Under the pieces are notes generated by a model that was not told the DNA's origin, ran no database searches, and was given only the letters and a program-made list of their open reading frames with translations. The position numbers and the translations under genes are program-made. A stretch of 64,000 nucleotides of DNA, from IMG/VR virus record IMGVR_UViG_3300045971_000577, positions 305,146 to 369,145 of that record. One strand, written 5' to 3'. Below, one piece after another: positions 28,759 through 41,900 of the stretch; the first letter of the stretch is position 1; every line of letters begins with the position of its first letter.

Positions 28759-29178
28759 ATGGCATCAAATCAAAAAGGGTTTGTTCAACAACAGCGAATA
28801 ACTAGAAAGCCGTATTTCGTTGGATTCAATACTGTTGGGCAGCCTAATCCCCCATATTCGTTAACAAACCTCGAACTTGTAAAGAGGGACATTCTCAATC
28901 AATTTGCCACCCCGATAGGTTCGCGATTGATGCTTCCGTCGTTTGGCACGCGGATTTATGATCTTCTATTTGACCCGTTTGATGAAATAACAAAAAATGC
29001 CATAGTCGATGATGCTGTGCGAGTAGTCGGTGATGATCCACGAGTTCAACTTGTAAACATTGATGTGTTTCAGGAAGACCAATCACTCAACGTATCAATA
29101 GACCTATTATTTGTACCCGAATCAGTAACAGACAACCTATTTGTGTCTTTCTCGCTGAAAGATAAGGAAACATTCTAA
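28759..29178 (+). CDS. gp25: Baseplate wedge gp25
   Basis: TPIGSRLMLPSFGTRIYDLLFDP, DPRV. Confidence 0.9.
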   Translation: MASNQKGFVQQQRITRKPYFVGFNTVGQPNPPYSLTNLELVKRDILNQFATPIGSRLMLPSFGTRIYDLLFDPFDEITKNAIVDDAVRVVGDDPRVQLVNIDVFQEDQSLNVSIDLLFVPESVTDNLFVSFSLKDKETF

Positions 29179-32100
29179 TGTCAGAAAGTGTAAGACAGTC
29201 CTCGCTCTTTGCAGCAGAGGATTATAAAAAAGTATTTAAAGCATATCAGTTTATTGATTATACCGCCTACGACTTCGACACGTTGAAGCAGGCACTAATG
29301 AATTATATCCAGACATATTATCCCGAAGATTTCAACGACTATATCGAAAGTTCGGAGTTCGTTGCTATTATTGAACTACTTGCGTACTTCGGCACAAGTC
29401 TTGCATTCAGGACTGAATTAAATAGTCGTGAAAACTTTATCGACACTGCAGAACGCAGAGAAAGTATTATCCGCCTTGCTCAGATGGTAAACTATGTTCC
29501 GCGCAGAAATATACCTGCGAGCGGACTATTTAAAATATCATCTGTACAAACCGATCAGCCACTCACCGATGCCAATGGTGTCAATCTAAATGATGTATCT
29601 ATTTTCTGGAATGATCCTAATAATCCAGATTGGTTTGATCAGTTTATTCAAATAGCAAATGCAGCATTCAGTACACTAAATCCATTTGGCCGACCAACAA
29701 AGAGTGGCACAATCGGTAGTATTCCTACTGATCTTTATCAACTGAACAATATTCTTAGACTGACTGTTGCATATCAGTCATCTATAACAATTAACGCTCA
29801 ACAGTTCCCTATCGATATCTGCAATCCAGATTTTGTAACGAACGAAACAATATTCGAAAGAGATCCAGATCCTGCCACACCATTCAATTTCATTTACCGA
29901 AATGATAGTTTAGGTGTAGCATCTGCTAATACAGGATTCTTCTTGTACTTCAAGCAGGGTACATTAATGAACGTCGACACCAATTTTGATTTTCCTGTGC
30001 CTAATAGAGTATTCCCTATAGCCATCAGCAACATCAACCAGGATGATGTATATGCGCAAGAAACAGATCAAAACGGAAATGTAATTTCTAAGTGGAAGAA
30101 AGTTCCCGCACTTGCCGGCGAAAATATCATTTACAACAGCATTCAGTTCTCTGAAAGAAATATCTTTGATGTTATTTCTGGCGCCAGCGACACTGTGTCT
30201 ATTCGATTCGCCGACGGTAATTTCGGCAATGTACCAACTGGATTATTTAGATTCTGGGTACGTACCAGTGCAAACCAAGCTCTTGTAATTCGTCCAGACG
30301 ATGCACAAGGTCTGCAAATTAATATTCCATATATCGGTGCAGATCAACAACAATATACACTTCGTGTGGTATTCAATCTAGAGCAAACAATCGGAAATGC
30401 TGCCGCCACCGAAACTGACGAACAAATTAAACTTCGCGCACCTGAGGTATTCTCAACACAGTCACGTATGGTAAATGGAAGTGACTATAATGTTCTTCCA
30501 TTGATCTACGGAAATCAGATTTCTAAGATTCAGGCAGTAAATAGAACATTTAGCGGACAGAGCAGATATATTGATTTGAATGATCCAACTGGCTTTCATA
30601 AGGATCTGATTATCTTTGGCCAAGACGGCGCATTGTATCGCGAAGACCAAAATCTACTTGCAGAAGTAGTACGTGATGCATCTAACCTCGGAAATATTCA
30701 GACTGTAATTGTAAACACAATTCAGGAAATGCTCAGAAGCGACCGTGTATCAAAATTCTTCTATGACGAATATATTCCACAGTTCGAAGAGAAAGTTAGA
30801 GTAAATCAGACTGCATTTCCGGTCGGCCCAGGTGCTTCACTAGCAGGCAAATCTTTACTTGATCTTTCTAACTCTGCACAGCTACAGCTATATTGGAAGA
30901 CAAGCCCGCAAAAGTTCAAAAACGATACTGGTTATTTTGCTAACGCGCCAGCGTCTACCGCTGCGGTAGCATTAGTGAATACATTCACAGATAACGTGTT
31001 AGTCGGAACAAATCAGGCGTGGGGATTTATTCGCACAGGAGCAACTGTTGAATTTGCTGACCCGACGAATATTGATAAAACTCGAAACACCGCCGGGGTA
31101 TCAAGTGTAATACAAAACGGTCTTCAGCTAGTTGTAAATCCTGCAAATCAATTCTCAGCAATAGGACCAGTCGAATTGAGTATTGAAGAGCAAAACTCGA
31201 CTGCACTTAATCCGTATAGGGCCATAAAGGTATATCCTATATTTAGAAACGAGTTGTCATCCACGGAAGTACAGGAAGTTATCAGTAGAGTTGCTGCAGG
31301 ATCATCTTTCTGGATGTATTACGATCTGCTCGATGATGTGTGGAAAACTACATTAGGAACTATGCCAGCGCCACCGTTTGTATATCCACCAACAACGGGA
31401 ACAGGAATCTATTCCGATTGGGCATTATATCCTGCAAGTGGCCTGGTATATGTAAATATAAATTCTGTAAGTAGCACGGTTACCTATGATGTGACAGTGC
31501 GCGGTAGATCATATGTGTTCGAATCCTACAGAGATGTTAGATTCTATTGGGAACCTAACCAGAGTGTGATTGATAATGCCACAGGCCTGGCGCTACAAGA
31601 TACCATTGAAATCATGCCAGGCATAAACACAAATAAAACTGTTGACAATAACGAACCTATTCCACTATCACTAGTAAACATGCTGCCGAAGCAAGTTAGT
31701 TTCAATATCACAGGTGTGTTCACACAGGACGATGGATATGTGGATAACTCGAAGGTCGAGGTATCGCTAGTTGATTCCAACGACGACGGAGTTACAGATA
31801 GTCCAGAAGGATTTAACGAAATAGTTTCGTCAACCGATAGAGTGGTATTCGAGTATTACGCCAACGAAGTCACTGGTTATCAATCTACACGCCCATGGGT
31901 GTCTAAGTGGAATATCCTACTAGAGAACGATGATCCATTGGTTGTAAATCCGCCCACACTACCGGCAGTAGGGGTTATTAATGGTACAATCAGTGGAACA
32001 TCCGGTGCAGTCGATATGGCTGGTGTAGATCTATTGTTTGTCAAAGATGCAGGAATACTTACATCCATAGCAGCTCAACTAACTGCTGCATTCATAGTCG

Positions 32101-32936
32101 ATGGTAGTGTAGATAAGGTAGAAACATATAATCAATTTTTCCTAAACAAGACTTATGTTGTCAAGAACGAACCCGGTTATGGCGTGTATTACTCCTTATC
32201 ACTTACCTATCCTTTAAGCAATCCATCGGGACTTATATCTGTTGTAGTTGACGCAACTCACTATGATAGAAATGGTAAAGTCTTCACGCAGAACACAACC
32301 TATAATACCGATCAACAGTTACCGCTATATTTCAAGTGGAGTCACTATTCGCCAATTGATCAAAGAGTCGATCCATCGCCGATGAACATCATTGATATGA
32401 TTGTTATTACAGATGGATATTATCGAGATGTGACTATCTGGAAGAACACCAACGGCACTCTTGCAACTTTCCCTGCTGCACCTACAACTGAAGAACTTAG
32501 AATTCAATTCCAAGATCTAAATCAGTATAAGATGCTCAGCGATAGCATGATTTGGAATTCAGGAAAATTCAAATTACTATTCGGATCACAAGCACAACCA
32601 GAGTTGCAGGCTACTTTCAAGGTAGTTAAGGCTCCATCAAACAACATCAGTGATAACGAAGTTAAGACAAAGGTTATTCAAGCAATCGACACATACTTTG
32701 ATATCAGAAACTGGGACTTCGGTGAAAAGTTCTTCTATACTGAACTTGCGGCATTCATCCACCAACAACTATCGAGAGTTATTAGCTCGGTGGTTATTGT
32801 TCCAAATAATGCAAGTTCTGTATTCGGCGACCTATTTGAAATTATTGCATCTACAGATGAAATATTCATGTCAACTGCGACGGTAAGTAATGTACAGATA
32901 GTAAGTAATCTCACAAATCAAAATCTGAGAACATAA
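29178..32936 (+). CDS. gp6: Baseplate wedge gp6
   Basis: DFDTLKQAL, ENFIDTAERRESI..LA..VNYVP, FADGNFGNVP, QSRMVNGSDY. Confidence 0.9.
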   Translation: MSESVRQSSLFAAEDYKKVFKAYQFIDYTAYDFDTLKQALMNYIQTYYPEDFNDYIESSEFVAIIELLAYFGTSLAFRTELNSRENFIDTAERRESIIRLAQMVNYVPRRNIPASGLFKISSVQTDQPLTDANGVNLNDVSIFWNDPNNPDWFDQFIQIANAAFSTLNPFGRPTKSGTIGSIPTDLYQLNNILRLTVAYQSSITINAQQFPIDICNPDFVTNETIFERDPDPATPFNFIYRNDSLGVASANTGFFLYFKQGTLMNVDTNFDFPVPNRVFPIAISNINQDDVYAQETDQNGNVISKWKKVPALAGENIIYNSIQFSERNIFDVISGASDTVSIRFADGNFGNVPTGLFRFWVRTSANQALVIRPDDAQGLQINIPYIGADQQQYTLRVVFNLEQTIGNAAATETDEQIKLRAPEVFSTQSRMVNGSDYNVLPLIYGNQISKIQAVNRTFSGQSRYIDLNDPTGFHKDLIIFGQDGALYREDQNLLAEVVRDASNLGNIQTVIVNTIQEMLRSDRVSKFFYDEYIPQFEEKVRVNQTAFPVGPGASLAGKSLLDLSNSAQLQLYWKTSPQKFKNDTGYFANAPASTAAVALVNTFTDNVLVGTNQAWGFIRTGATVEFADPTNIDKTRNTAGVSSVIQNGLQLVVNPANQFSAIGPVELSIEEQNSTALNPYRAIKVYPIFRNELSSTEVQEVISRVAAGSSFWMYYDLLDDVWKTTLGTMPAPPFVYPPTTGTGIYSDWALYPASGLVYVNINSVSSTVTYDVTVRGRSYVFESYRDVRFYWEPNQSVIDNATGLALQDTIEIMPGINTNKTVDNNEPIPLSLVNMLPKQVSFNITGVFTQDDGYVDNSKVEVSLVDSNDDGVTDSPEGFNEIVSSTDRVVFEYYANEVTGYQSTRPWVSKWNILLENDDPLVVNPPTLPAVGVINGTISGTSGAVDMAGVDLLFVKDAGILTSIAAQLTAAFIVDGSVDKVETYNQFFLNKTYVVKNEPGYGVYYSLSLTYPLSNPSGLISVVVDATHYDRNGKVFTQNTTYNTDQQLPLYFKWSHYSPIDQRVDPSPMNIIDMIVITDGYYRDVTIWKNTNGTLATFPAAPTTEELRIQFQDLNQYKMLSDSMIWNSGKFKLLFGSQAQPELQATFKVVKAPSNNISDNEVKTKVIQAIDTYFDIRNWDFGEKFFYTELAAFIHQQLSRVISSVVIVPNNASSVFGDLFEIIASTDEIFMSTATVSNVQIVSNLTNQNLRT

Positions 32937-32939
32937 TAA

Positions 32940-35900
32940 ATGACTCAATACATAAAGAAACTGCCAGCCGTTTTTCAAACGGTAACAGAAAAGAAATTCT
33001 TCGACGCAACATTTGATCAAGTGTTGTCAAAGAAGGACAGTGATCTATTGAATGGTTATCTAGGACGTCGTAATCCGGGTAACTATAACCCGATTACTGA
33101 CTTCTATCTACCCGAATCTAACAAGAATAGAACCTGGTGGCAGTTGGAAGCAACAGCATTCGCACGTACAGAAGATTCGACTAAATCTAACATTTTCTTC
33201 TACGAAGACCTGTTGAACCGTATTACATCATTAGGTGGTAATACTCTAAACCAGGACAGGCTATTTGAATCAGAATACTACAGCTGGGCCCCTCCTATTG
33301 ATGTTGATATGTTTATGAACTATCAAAATTATTACTGGATTGAACAAGGGCTGCCTGCTATTACGATTACAGGTACAACCTGGGCAGCAATCAAGGCCAA
33401 CGATATGGTTACACCTGTTGGTGCCACACCTGCTGGGGTAACATTGTCATCGGGGATGACTCTAGTTCTTCCAGATGATCCAGCATACCCCGACAGTATG
33501 GTTATTGAAAACTTCGGTGGTTGTCGCGGCTTCGAACTGATTACACAGAATACAGGCACCACTGCGGGAACCATATACGAGTTCTTGCCATGGGACGGTA
33601 TTATCGAGTTGTCTACAGGCAGAGTTATCCAAAACCTAATATGGGACGCAACAACCTGGGATACCCAGCCACAACCAGCAACAGGTGATTATATCACTAT
33701 TCAGCGAGGATCCGCAGATTCCAACAGCTGGTCAACAACAAACAGATGGTTTAATATTCAAACTATTAGTCAGGCAATGGCTATTACCAACACAACCTTC
33801 CCACAGAATGCTACACGTGGCCTAAGACCTATCATTCAATTTATTGCTGATCTCGTATTGTATCCTCTTGGTAATACAAAGGTCTCGGTAAATCAGGCAC
33901 CACTATTTCAATTATACGATCACGAAGGCATTGAACTAGATAATGTAACAACCTATCCTAACAGTACATTCGCTGGCAGCAAGATTTTTTCGTATAAAGA
34001 AAATACAGTTGCTGGCGCGTCAATAGATTCTATTCTAAAATTTCCGCTGACATATGGTGAGTCAGGTCAGACCACTGATATTATATTTCAAAATAATCTT
34101 ATTACTGATAGATATACATACAACGAAATAGATCCAGTCGCTGGATACTATTATTACCGTACAATTTCGACACTTGCCGATCCTCTCCCGTTACTCTTCA
34201 ACAACTGGAATCTTTATAATTTGTGCGATTGCGCAGATATTTCTCCAACACCTCCGGCAAATTGTATCGAAAAAAGTAAGCAAAGAGTTATTGATAAGTT
34301 TGTTGTTGGGTATGGTACACAATATCAGTTTAGGCTTAGTGTCACTCCCTACGGCTACACGGCCGGCGGCGGTACAGTTCAACCGGCGTCGGATATCATT
34401 GTATCAGTAAATGATAAAGAAATCTTTCCATATTCAATAGCCAATACGAACGGATATACCCTAGAAGAAATCAACAACGAGGTGTATGTTGTACTTTCAT
34501 CATATCTAACCAATCTACTTACTATTACACAAAGTCGCGCGCCAGTTGTGGAAGTGCAAACCTATACCCACTCCAATCTAAATCCGGAAGCGTCGGGCTA
34601 CTTTGAAATCCCGCAACAGCTCGAGGCAAATCCTAATCAAGAGGAAGTGGGCGATATAGGTATCGGAAGCCTAATTCAACAATTTTCATCAATCATCTCT
34701 AATCAGATTGGATTTGCTGGAACAGCATTTGGTGGTAATAATAACTACAGCGAACTTAGAAAAAACAGATCAATTGGTTCTTATATTCTGCAGAATACAG
34801 CGCCATTGCTAAAAGCAATGTTGGTGTCCTCTAGCGACGATTTAGATTTCATTATTGCTGAAAGATTTAGCCAGGACGAATACACAAAGTTCAAGAATAA
34901 GTTCTTAAGAGTTGCAAAGCAACTTATTGATCAAGGATTCAATCCTACACAACTCAACAACGGGACTATTCTGACTAGCGAATGGGTTGGCGAAATTATT
35001 CGTATACTCGGTATATCTAAAGAATTCTCAAGTGCGTTTGCGTATTCACACATGATTGCAAACGGTGCCCCTGACACAATTCAGAATGTGTCTGTACCGG
35101 CATTGTTACAAACTACTCTTGCCAATTATGCAGATCTCTTGAATGTGCAAAATGCGTTGTATGTATACAACACAACCGGTACTGAAAAGATTTTGATGAT
35201 TGGTAGGGACTATACCGTAGCTACTACCAGCACCACTATTACTGTAGATTTTATACCTACCGGTGGCAATGTTGCCATAGGCGATTCAGTATATTTCTAC
35301 ATCTATAAGAATCCGCTACCTGCATATATTCCGTCTACTCCGACAAAGCTCGGTATGTATCAGACATACATTCCACGCACAGAACTCGATACTTCATATG
35401 CAATTCCATCAAATGTAATCATTGGCCACGACGGCTCAAAGACTATTGCTTATGGTGACTATCGCGATAACCTATTGCTTGATCTAGAAACAAGAATCTA
35501 CAACCTTTTGAACAGCAAGTTCCACAATCAGTATACTCCGCCAGTTCGCCTGGAATCTGTCAAGCCTGGTTACTTCAGACAGACAAGATATTCTCGCCAA
35601 GAGTTTTTAGATATCACAGAGTCTTATCTCAACAAATGGTCTGCAAAGAACAAGGCAAACTATCGTGCAAATGATTGGGTAAGTGCATCTGCGGTAACTC
35701 CAGTAAATCAGCTATGGAAGTTGTATAACTACAGTGCGGTTGACTTGCCTGGCAACTGGAAGGGCATCTATCAATACTATTACGATACCATCTTCCCTAA
35801 TACACGTCCGTGGGAAATGCTAGGGTTCAGTTCACAACCATCGTGGTGGACCGCAGAGTACGGCACTGACTACACTCCGACAAATGCTCATATGTGGGCA

Positions 35901-38900
35901 GACTTAGAGAACGGTATTATCCGTCAAGGACCCACAGCTATATACAATCCAGTAACTGGACTACCACAAGAACAGCCAATGTGGGCTCGTCCGGGATTGG
36001 CAGCAATCATTCCTGTAGATGCGCTAGGTGATATTGTTCCTGTCCCTGCATTGTTTAGCATTCCTATTGCAAGCGATTATGCACCATTTGATTACTTTGA
36101 TGCAGACTGGAAGTACGGTGACGGATCTCCAGTAGAACAGGCGTGGATGTCAACATCCGGTTATGCATTTACCGTACAAGAATTTTTGTACCTAATGAAG
36201 CCTGCAGAGTTTGGTGAGCTTCTATGGGACACAGTCGGAACAGAACTATCGCCGGGTATGATTTCAGATCCCACTGGACTTCCACCGGGTATAGACTTAC
36301 CTGTAAGATCATCAGTGAACTGGCAATATGTTCAGAATGATCAATACACAAATGATGATCCATTCTTTACATGGATGCGCCCTAAGAACAAAGATCAACT
36401 GGTTCATGCGGAATCAATTGACGGAGTTATTCAGGTTCGTTATGGATATCAGCGTTGGATCAGTGATAGAGTTCTATTTCTTGGTATGGATGTAACATCT
36501 ACATTTGGTCAGAAGATCCGGACATTAGATGTCAACCTAGCTAATAAGTTCGGCGGCTTCACAAATAAGGATACGTCAACAACCTATATTGAGTCAGTAA
36601 CATCAGGAGCAACCAATAGTACATTGCTTGTGCCGAGTAATAACTTCGACGTTATTTTGCATAAAAGTCCACCGGTCGATACCTATGCTTATAGCGGAAT
36701 AGTAGTTCGTAGTCTTGCTGATGGCACTTTTGTGATTTATGGTTACGACTTACAGAACTCTGAATTCATCACACTGGATAGATCGAATGCAAAACTAATA
36801 GATATAACTATTGGCGGAACACCAGACAAATTCTCCCAATTTATTTCGGGAGAAACATATAATAAGGGCGACATTGTAAGATACAACGGGGTATTCTATC
36901 TTGCAGTAATAACTCATGTTGCAACAAAGTTTACAACAACCAACTGGCAAAAGCTTAGGGCACTACCGATAGCCGGCGGTATTTCTGTTACATATAAGCC
37001 CGTGTCGGAATCAACTATTACGAAGTATCCTTATGGATCTATACTAAAGTCGGCACAGGAAGTGTTTGACTTGATGATTGGATGGGGTGCATATCTTGAA
37101 TCACGTGGGTGGGACTTTACAGACGTAAATCAGGACACAAATATTGTTAGCGATTGGTTATATTCAGCGAAACAGTTTTTATTTTGGTTAAATACCGCAT
37201 GGGCACCCGATGCAGCCATTCAGTTGAGTCCACTTGCAAATACCGCAAAGCTGACTGTAAAGACTGGATATCCTAACGATGTAGAAAACATCTATAACGG
37301 TGTATACAGCATACTTGATAAGTTCGGCGTAGCTATTCCTACTGATCAGACAGTTACAGATAGAGACGGACAGACGATCACTGTGTCGCCAGTGGATGTG
37401 TCTGCCGGCGGTATTTTCTTCTTACAAGTATCGACATCCGAGACAGAACATGTTCTTATCTTTGATAACTCGACAAACTTCGGTGATGTTGTTTATTCGC
37501 CACTCCTAAGAACTAGGCAACAAAGATTGCGATTCAATGGATTCAGAAGTAACGGCTGGTATGGTAAGATGGAAGCACCGGGCTACCTTGTAATCGACAA
37601 CCAGCTTGTACCTAACTTCGATACAATCGTCGAAGCTATGAGATATTACTACGATCCTAATATCACAATTGATAACCCAAGTCTCGAAGACCTCGGCCGC
37701 CATTTGATTGGGTACGAAAGCAAGAGCTATCTCGATAACCTTGAACTAGCCAACGACGTTCAATATCTATTCTATCAAGGCGCTATCCGTCAGAAGGGAA
37801 CAAAGCAAGCGTTCGACAAGCTATTCAGATCTACTAAGATTCAGAATGATGATGTTATCGAAGTATATGAAGAATGGGCACTAAAGGTTGGCGATTTCGG
37901 CAACACAGTTGAGCAGGTGTCTACAGAGTTCAAGCTTCAGCCGGAGCAGAATACCGGCGAAGTTATTGTTGCACGCCTAAACTTTGTGGCATCGTCTATC
38001 GGAATGGTAAAACAGATTAACATCCTAAATGCAACACAAATTTACAAGACCGTTCCAATAATTACTATTGCTTCGCCCGACACCTCTATCGTCGGATGGA
38101 GACAAGCAAAAGCATATGCAGTTCTGGATTCAATCGGCCGTATTTCTCGGGTTGATATTTCAGACTCTGGTTACGGCTATCTATCAGCCCCATCTGTTAT
38201 TGTATCAACTCCTATTTCTACAGACGAACTGTATGCTGTATGGCAGGGAGAGATTATCAAGGATACATCTGTCGATAACATTATTAACATTGATATTGAC
38301 CAAACTGATGTGTGGACTGTTCGTCCCACTGATCCCGAATATGCGCTAGAGTTTCCGGTCACACCACAGCTAGATTATCCTGTACCAAACGCAGGTTATG
38401 TAAACTTCGACGATGTTGACTTGTATTCGTTTGATGCTGCATCAATGAAGGCTGCGTGGGGTTCACGTGCGTTTAATCCTGTAGAGGACAACACACTTTG
38501 GATTGCAAATACCTTTACACAAGACTGGGGTGTTTACAACCTCGTCAAGTATGCAAATGATTTTGCAGTAGTGGATGCCGGCGGCGGCAACCTACAACTT
38601 CTAACAAAGAAAACAGATCCACTAATCACACCGCAATTCTCTACCACAGGCGAAACAACTGATTTTGGTAACATGTTGGTAATGCAAGTTATTGAAGCTA
38701 CAGCTACAGCAGTTATTGATTCTCCAGGTAGTCAAGCTGCGGGAACAGTAGATATCATCGGCCCTACTCTTGCTGAACTATCGGCAAACGTAGCCGGCGG
38801 CGGAGTAATATCACTCACTATTGTCGAGCCTGGTTCCGGATATCTATCGTTGCCTGCTATCACTACTATCACTATTGATCCTCCTGTAAAGGAAGATGCA

Positions 38901-41900
38901 TCAATGTCCTGCGTGGTTGTGAATGGTGTTGTTACAACCGTGAATATCGATAACGGCGGCATGGGTTATGATCAAACTGGAACAACAGTTGTTGTAACTC
39001 CGCCAGTTCTCACAAACGCATTCGCAACAGCGACGGTTATTGGTAACGAAGTTACCGAGCTAACACTAACCAATCCAGGAAGTGGATATGCTGTTGCACC
39101 AACTGTTGTAATCGATTCTCCACGCAGACAAGCGGTAGCGAGTGCTGAGATTTCCGGCGGATTAGTTACGGGAGTATCAGTTATAAATAACGGCTCCGGA
39201 TACCTTGCGAGTGTAACTACTAGCATATCAATCGATCCCCCGATACCTAACACGGCCACGGCAACCGTGATAATCGGCGGTGTTAGCGGGACAGGTATTG
39301 AATCAATAACTATGACAAATCAGGGCGCCGGATATATATCGACGCCAGGATTTACTATTATATCTGCCGGCGGCCCCGGAGTTGCTGCCAATATATCCCC
39401 GATAATAGCATCCGGTAAGGTTACCGGATTCTCAGTAACTAGTCAAGGATCGGGATATATTTTACCGGTAACTATTATAATTGATGCACCCCCAGCGGGA
39501 GTTACCGCGACAGGTACCGCCACTATTATCGAAGGTAAGGTATCGGAAATTATTATTACAAACCCTGGTACATCATATATTTCGGAACCACAGATAACTA
39601 TTGACCCACCAACCGGGATTACCCCAATTGCAACCGCAACAATAGCAAATGGGACGGTGGCAACAGTGTCATACGCCTCGGCTGGATTATCCGGATATGC
39701 ATTTATTCCTACAGTAACTATTGACCAACCTACTGGTGTAGTTGCTACTTTTGTGCCTACGGTAGTCGATGGTATCATTACTGGCCACGGAGCAATATCT
39801 GGCGGAACAGGATACACATCTATCCCCGCTATAACAGTAAGTAAACCAAATGGAGTTCAGGCACAGGGTGTCGCAACGATAGTGAGCGAATCTATCTTTT
39901 CTGTATCAACTGTTGGCACAGAAGGATCGGGGTATGTTAGTGCGCCAAACGTAACTGTTTCCAGCCCGACAGGTGCAGGTAGACTAACCAACCCTGTTGT
40001 TACAGACGGCGGATTTGGATATAGTATTCCACCGATTATTGCAATCAGTGGAGATGGCGCCGGCGCCACTGCTCACACAGTTCTTACAGGCGATAAGGTA
40101 ACAAGTATTGTTATTGACACGGTCGGTCTCGGCTATACCAGTGCTACCCTTGTTATAGCTCCGCCCGATGGAATTATCGGAGACATTATTCTCGACAAGG
40201 TAGGTTCGAACTATACTGTTGTTCCAGAGGTTGAAATTATTGCAGATCTGCTCGATTTCACCGGCGCAGGCGCCGAAGCCATTGCTACGATAGCAGGCGG
40301 AGTTGTCACAGGTATTACGATCACAAATCGTGGAAGTGGATATACTTTTACTCCTACCGTAAAAATTAAACCTCCTACAACAATTGGCGGTAGTACAAAC
40401 TTTGCGCTTGGATTCTCATACAACAGTGCAGATTCCGACAGCGATCTAACATACTACCACTACGATTTGTTGAATATCGACGATACGAATATTACCTCAG
40501 ACGAAATAGCCGATTATGTAAACTTCACTAATCTTATGTTATTCAAGACAATGCGCTTTGCTGAAATATCCGATGCCAATCTAATCGGTACATATGTTTC
40601 TCTAGATGATAAGGTGTGGATTGACGGTATCGCCGCACAACAATGGTCAGTCAAGAAATATGTTTCGCCAGGTGTGTGGACAGATTATAGAGTCCAGGAA
40701 GATCTAATCAATAGTTCTCTATTCCAGAGTGCATCTGTATTCTCGACAAATACACAGAACGAACTTGTTCGCTTGCCTGTTTACGATCCATTCAAGAATA
40801 TCCTTCCGGGTATGGCAAGACAAAACATTTCGTACATGTCGCTTCAGGATCCAGCAAGATACAATATCACAAGTAATGATAGACTGCGTGCTGATACAAT
40901 CACTTTCGGACCTGCACAAGTAGGTAAGTTGTGGTGGGATCTATCTCAAACCAAGTACGTGTATTACGAGCAACCTATAGCACTCGATGCAAGACCTCTT
41001 GCAGAAAGAGAGATTGAAAACCTAGTTTACAGACGCGACCAATGGGGACAAATTTTCCCAGGAAGCACCGTTGCCATTTACGAATGGGTGCAGAGTGATG
41101 TAGTTCCTACGGAGTACACCGGTACAGGTACACCACGTGATGTTACAAGCTATGTTCAGTTAGTGACATCTAACAGATTTACAGATATTGTCGAAACTAA
41201 GTATTACTTCTGGGTACTCAATACTACTGATAAACCTAACACAGAAAACAGAACTCTTGCTGCACTCGAAACATCGAGACTGCTACAAAGCCCTAAGAGT
41301 CAGGGTTATGCATTCTTTGCACCTATCCAGCAGACTGCTACAAACAATTCTTACATGTTCTTTAACGTGCAGGAAATTTTGGCATATCAAGGAAACAACA
41401 TTCAGATTCAGTATAGAGTTACTGAGAGAAATGATCAACAGCATACCCAGTGGGCATTCTTCAGAGAAGGTGATACCTCGTCGTTCGTTACTGATCAGTT
41501 CTGGAACAAAATGGTTGATAGCTTGTGTGCATACACAAGACCACTTCCTTTGTCAGACGAATATAGCAACAGTATTGATATGGGTGACGGTACAGAAATC
41601 CTACCAGTTCCAGATCCAACACTAAGCTCTGGCGAGAAGTACGGAGTTCAATATCGTCCACGCCAGAGTATGTTTACCAACTTGGCCAATGCAAGAAAAA
41701 TATTCACGCAATCAGCAAACTCTCTGTTGCAATATATTCCTATTAGGGATACCGATCCATCGTGGAATGCTGATATTGCAACCAGCATCTACTGGATATA
41801 TACAAACTGGGTGGAAGTCGGGTACGAGACCACTACACCCGATTATGCATATCAGACATTAGCAGAAGCCAGTGCTGCTATAACAAATATCGCAGTTGGA

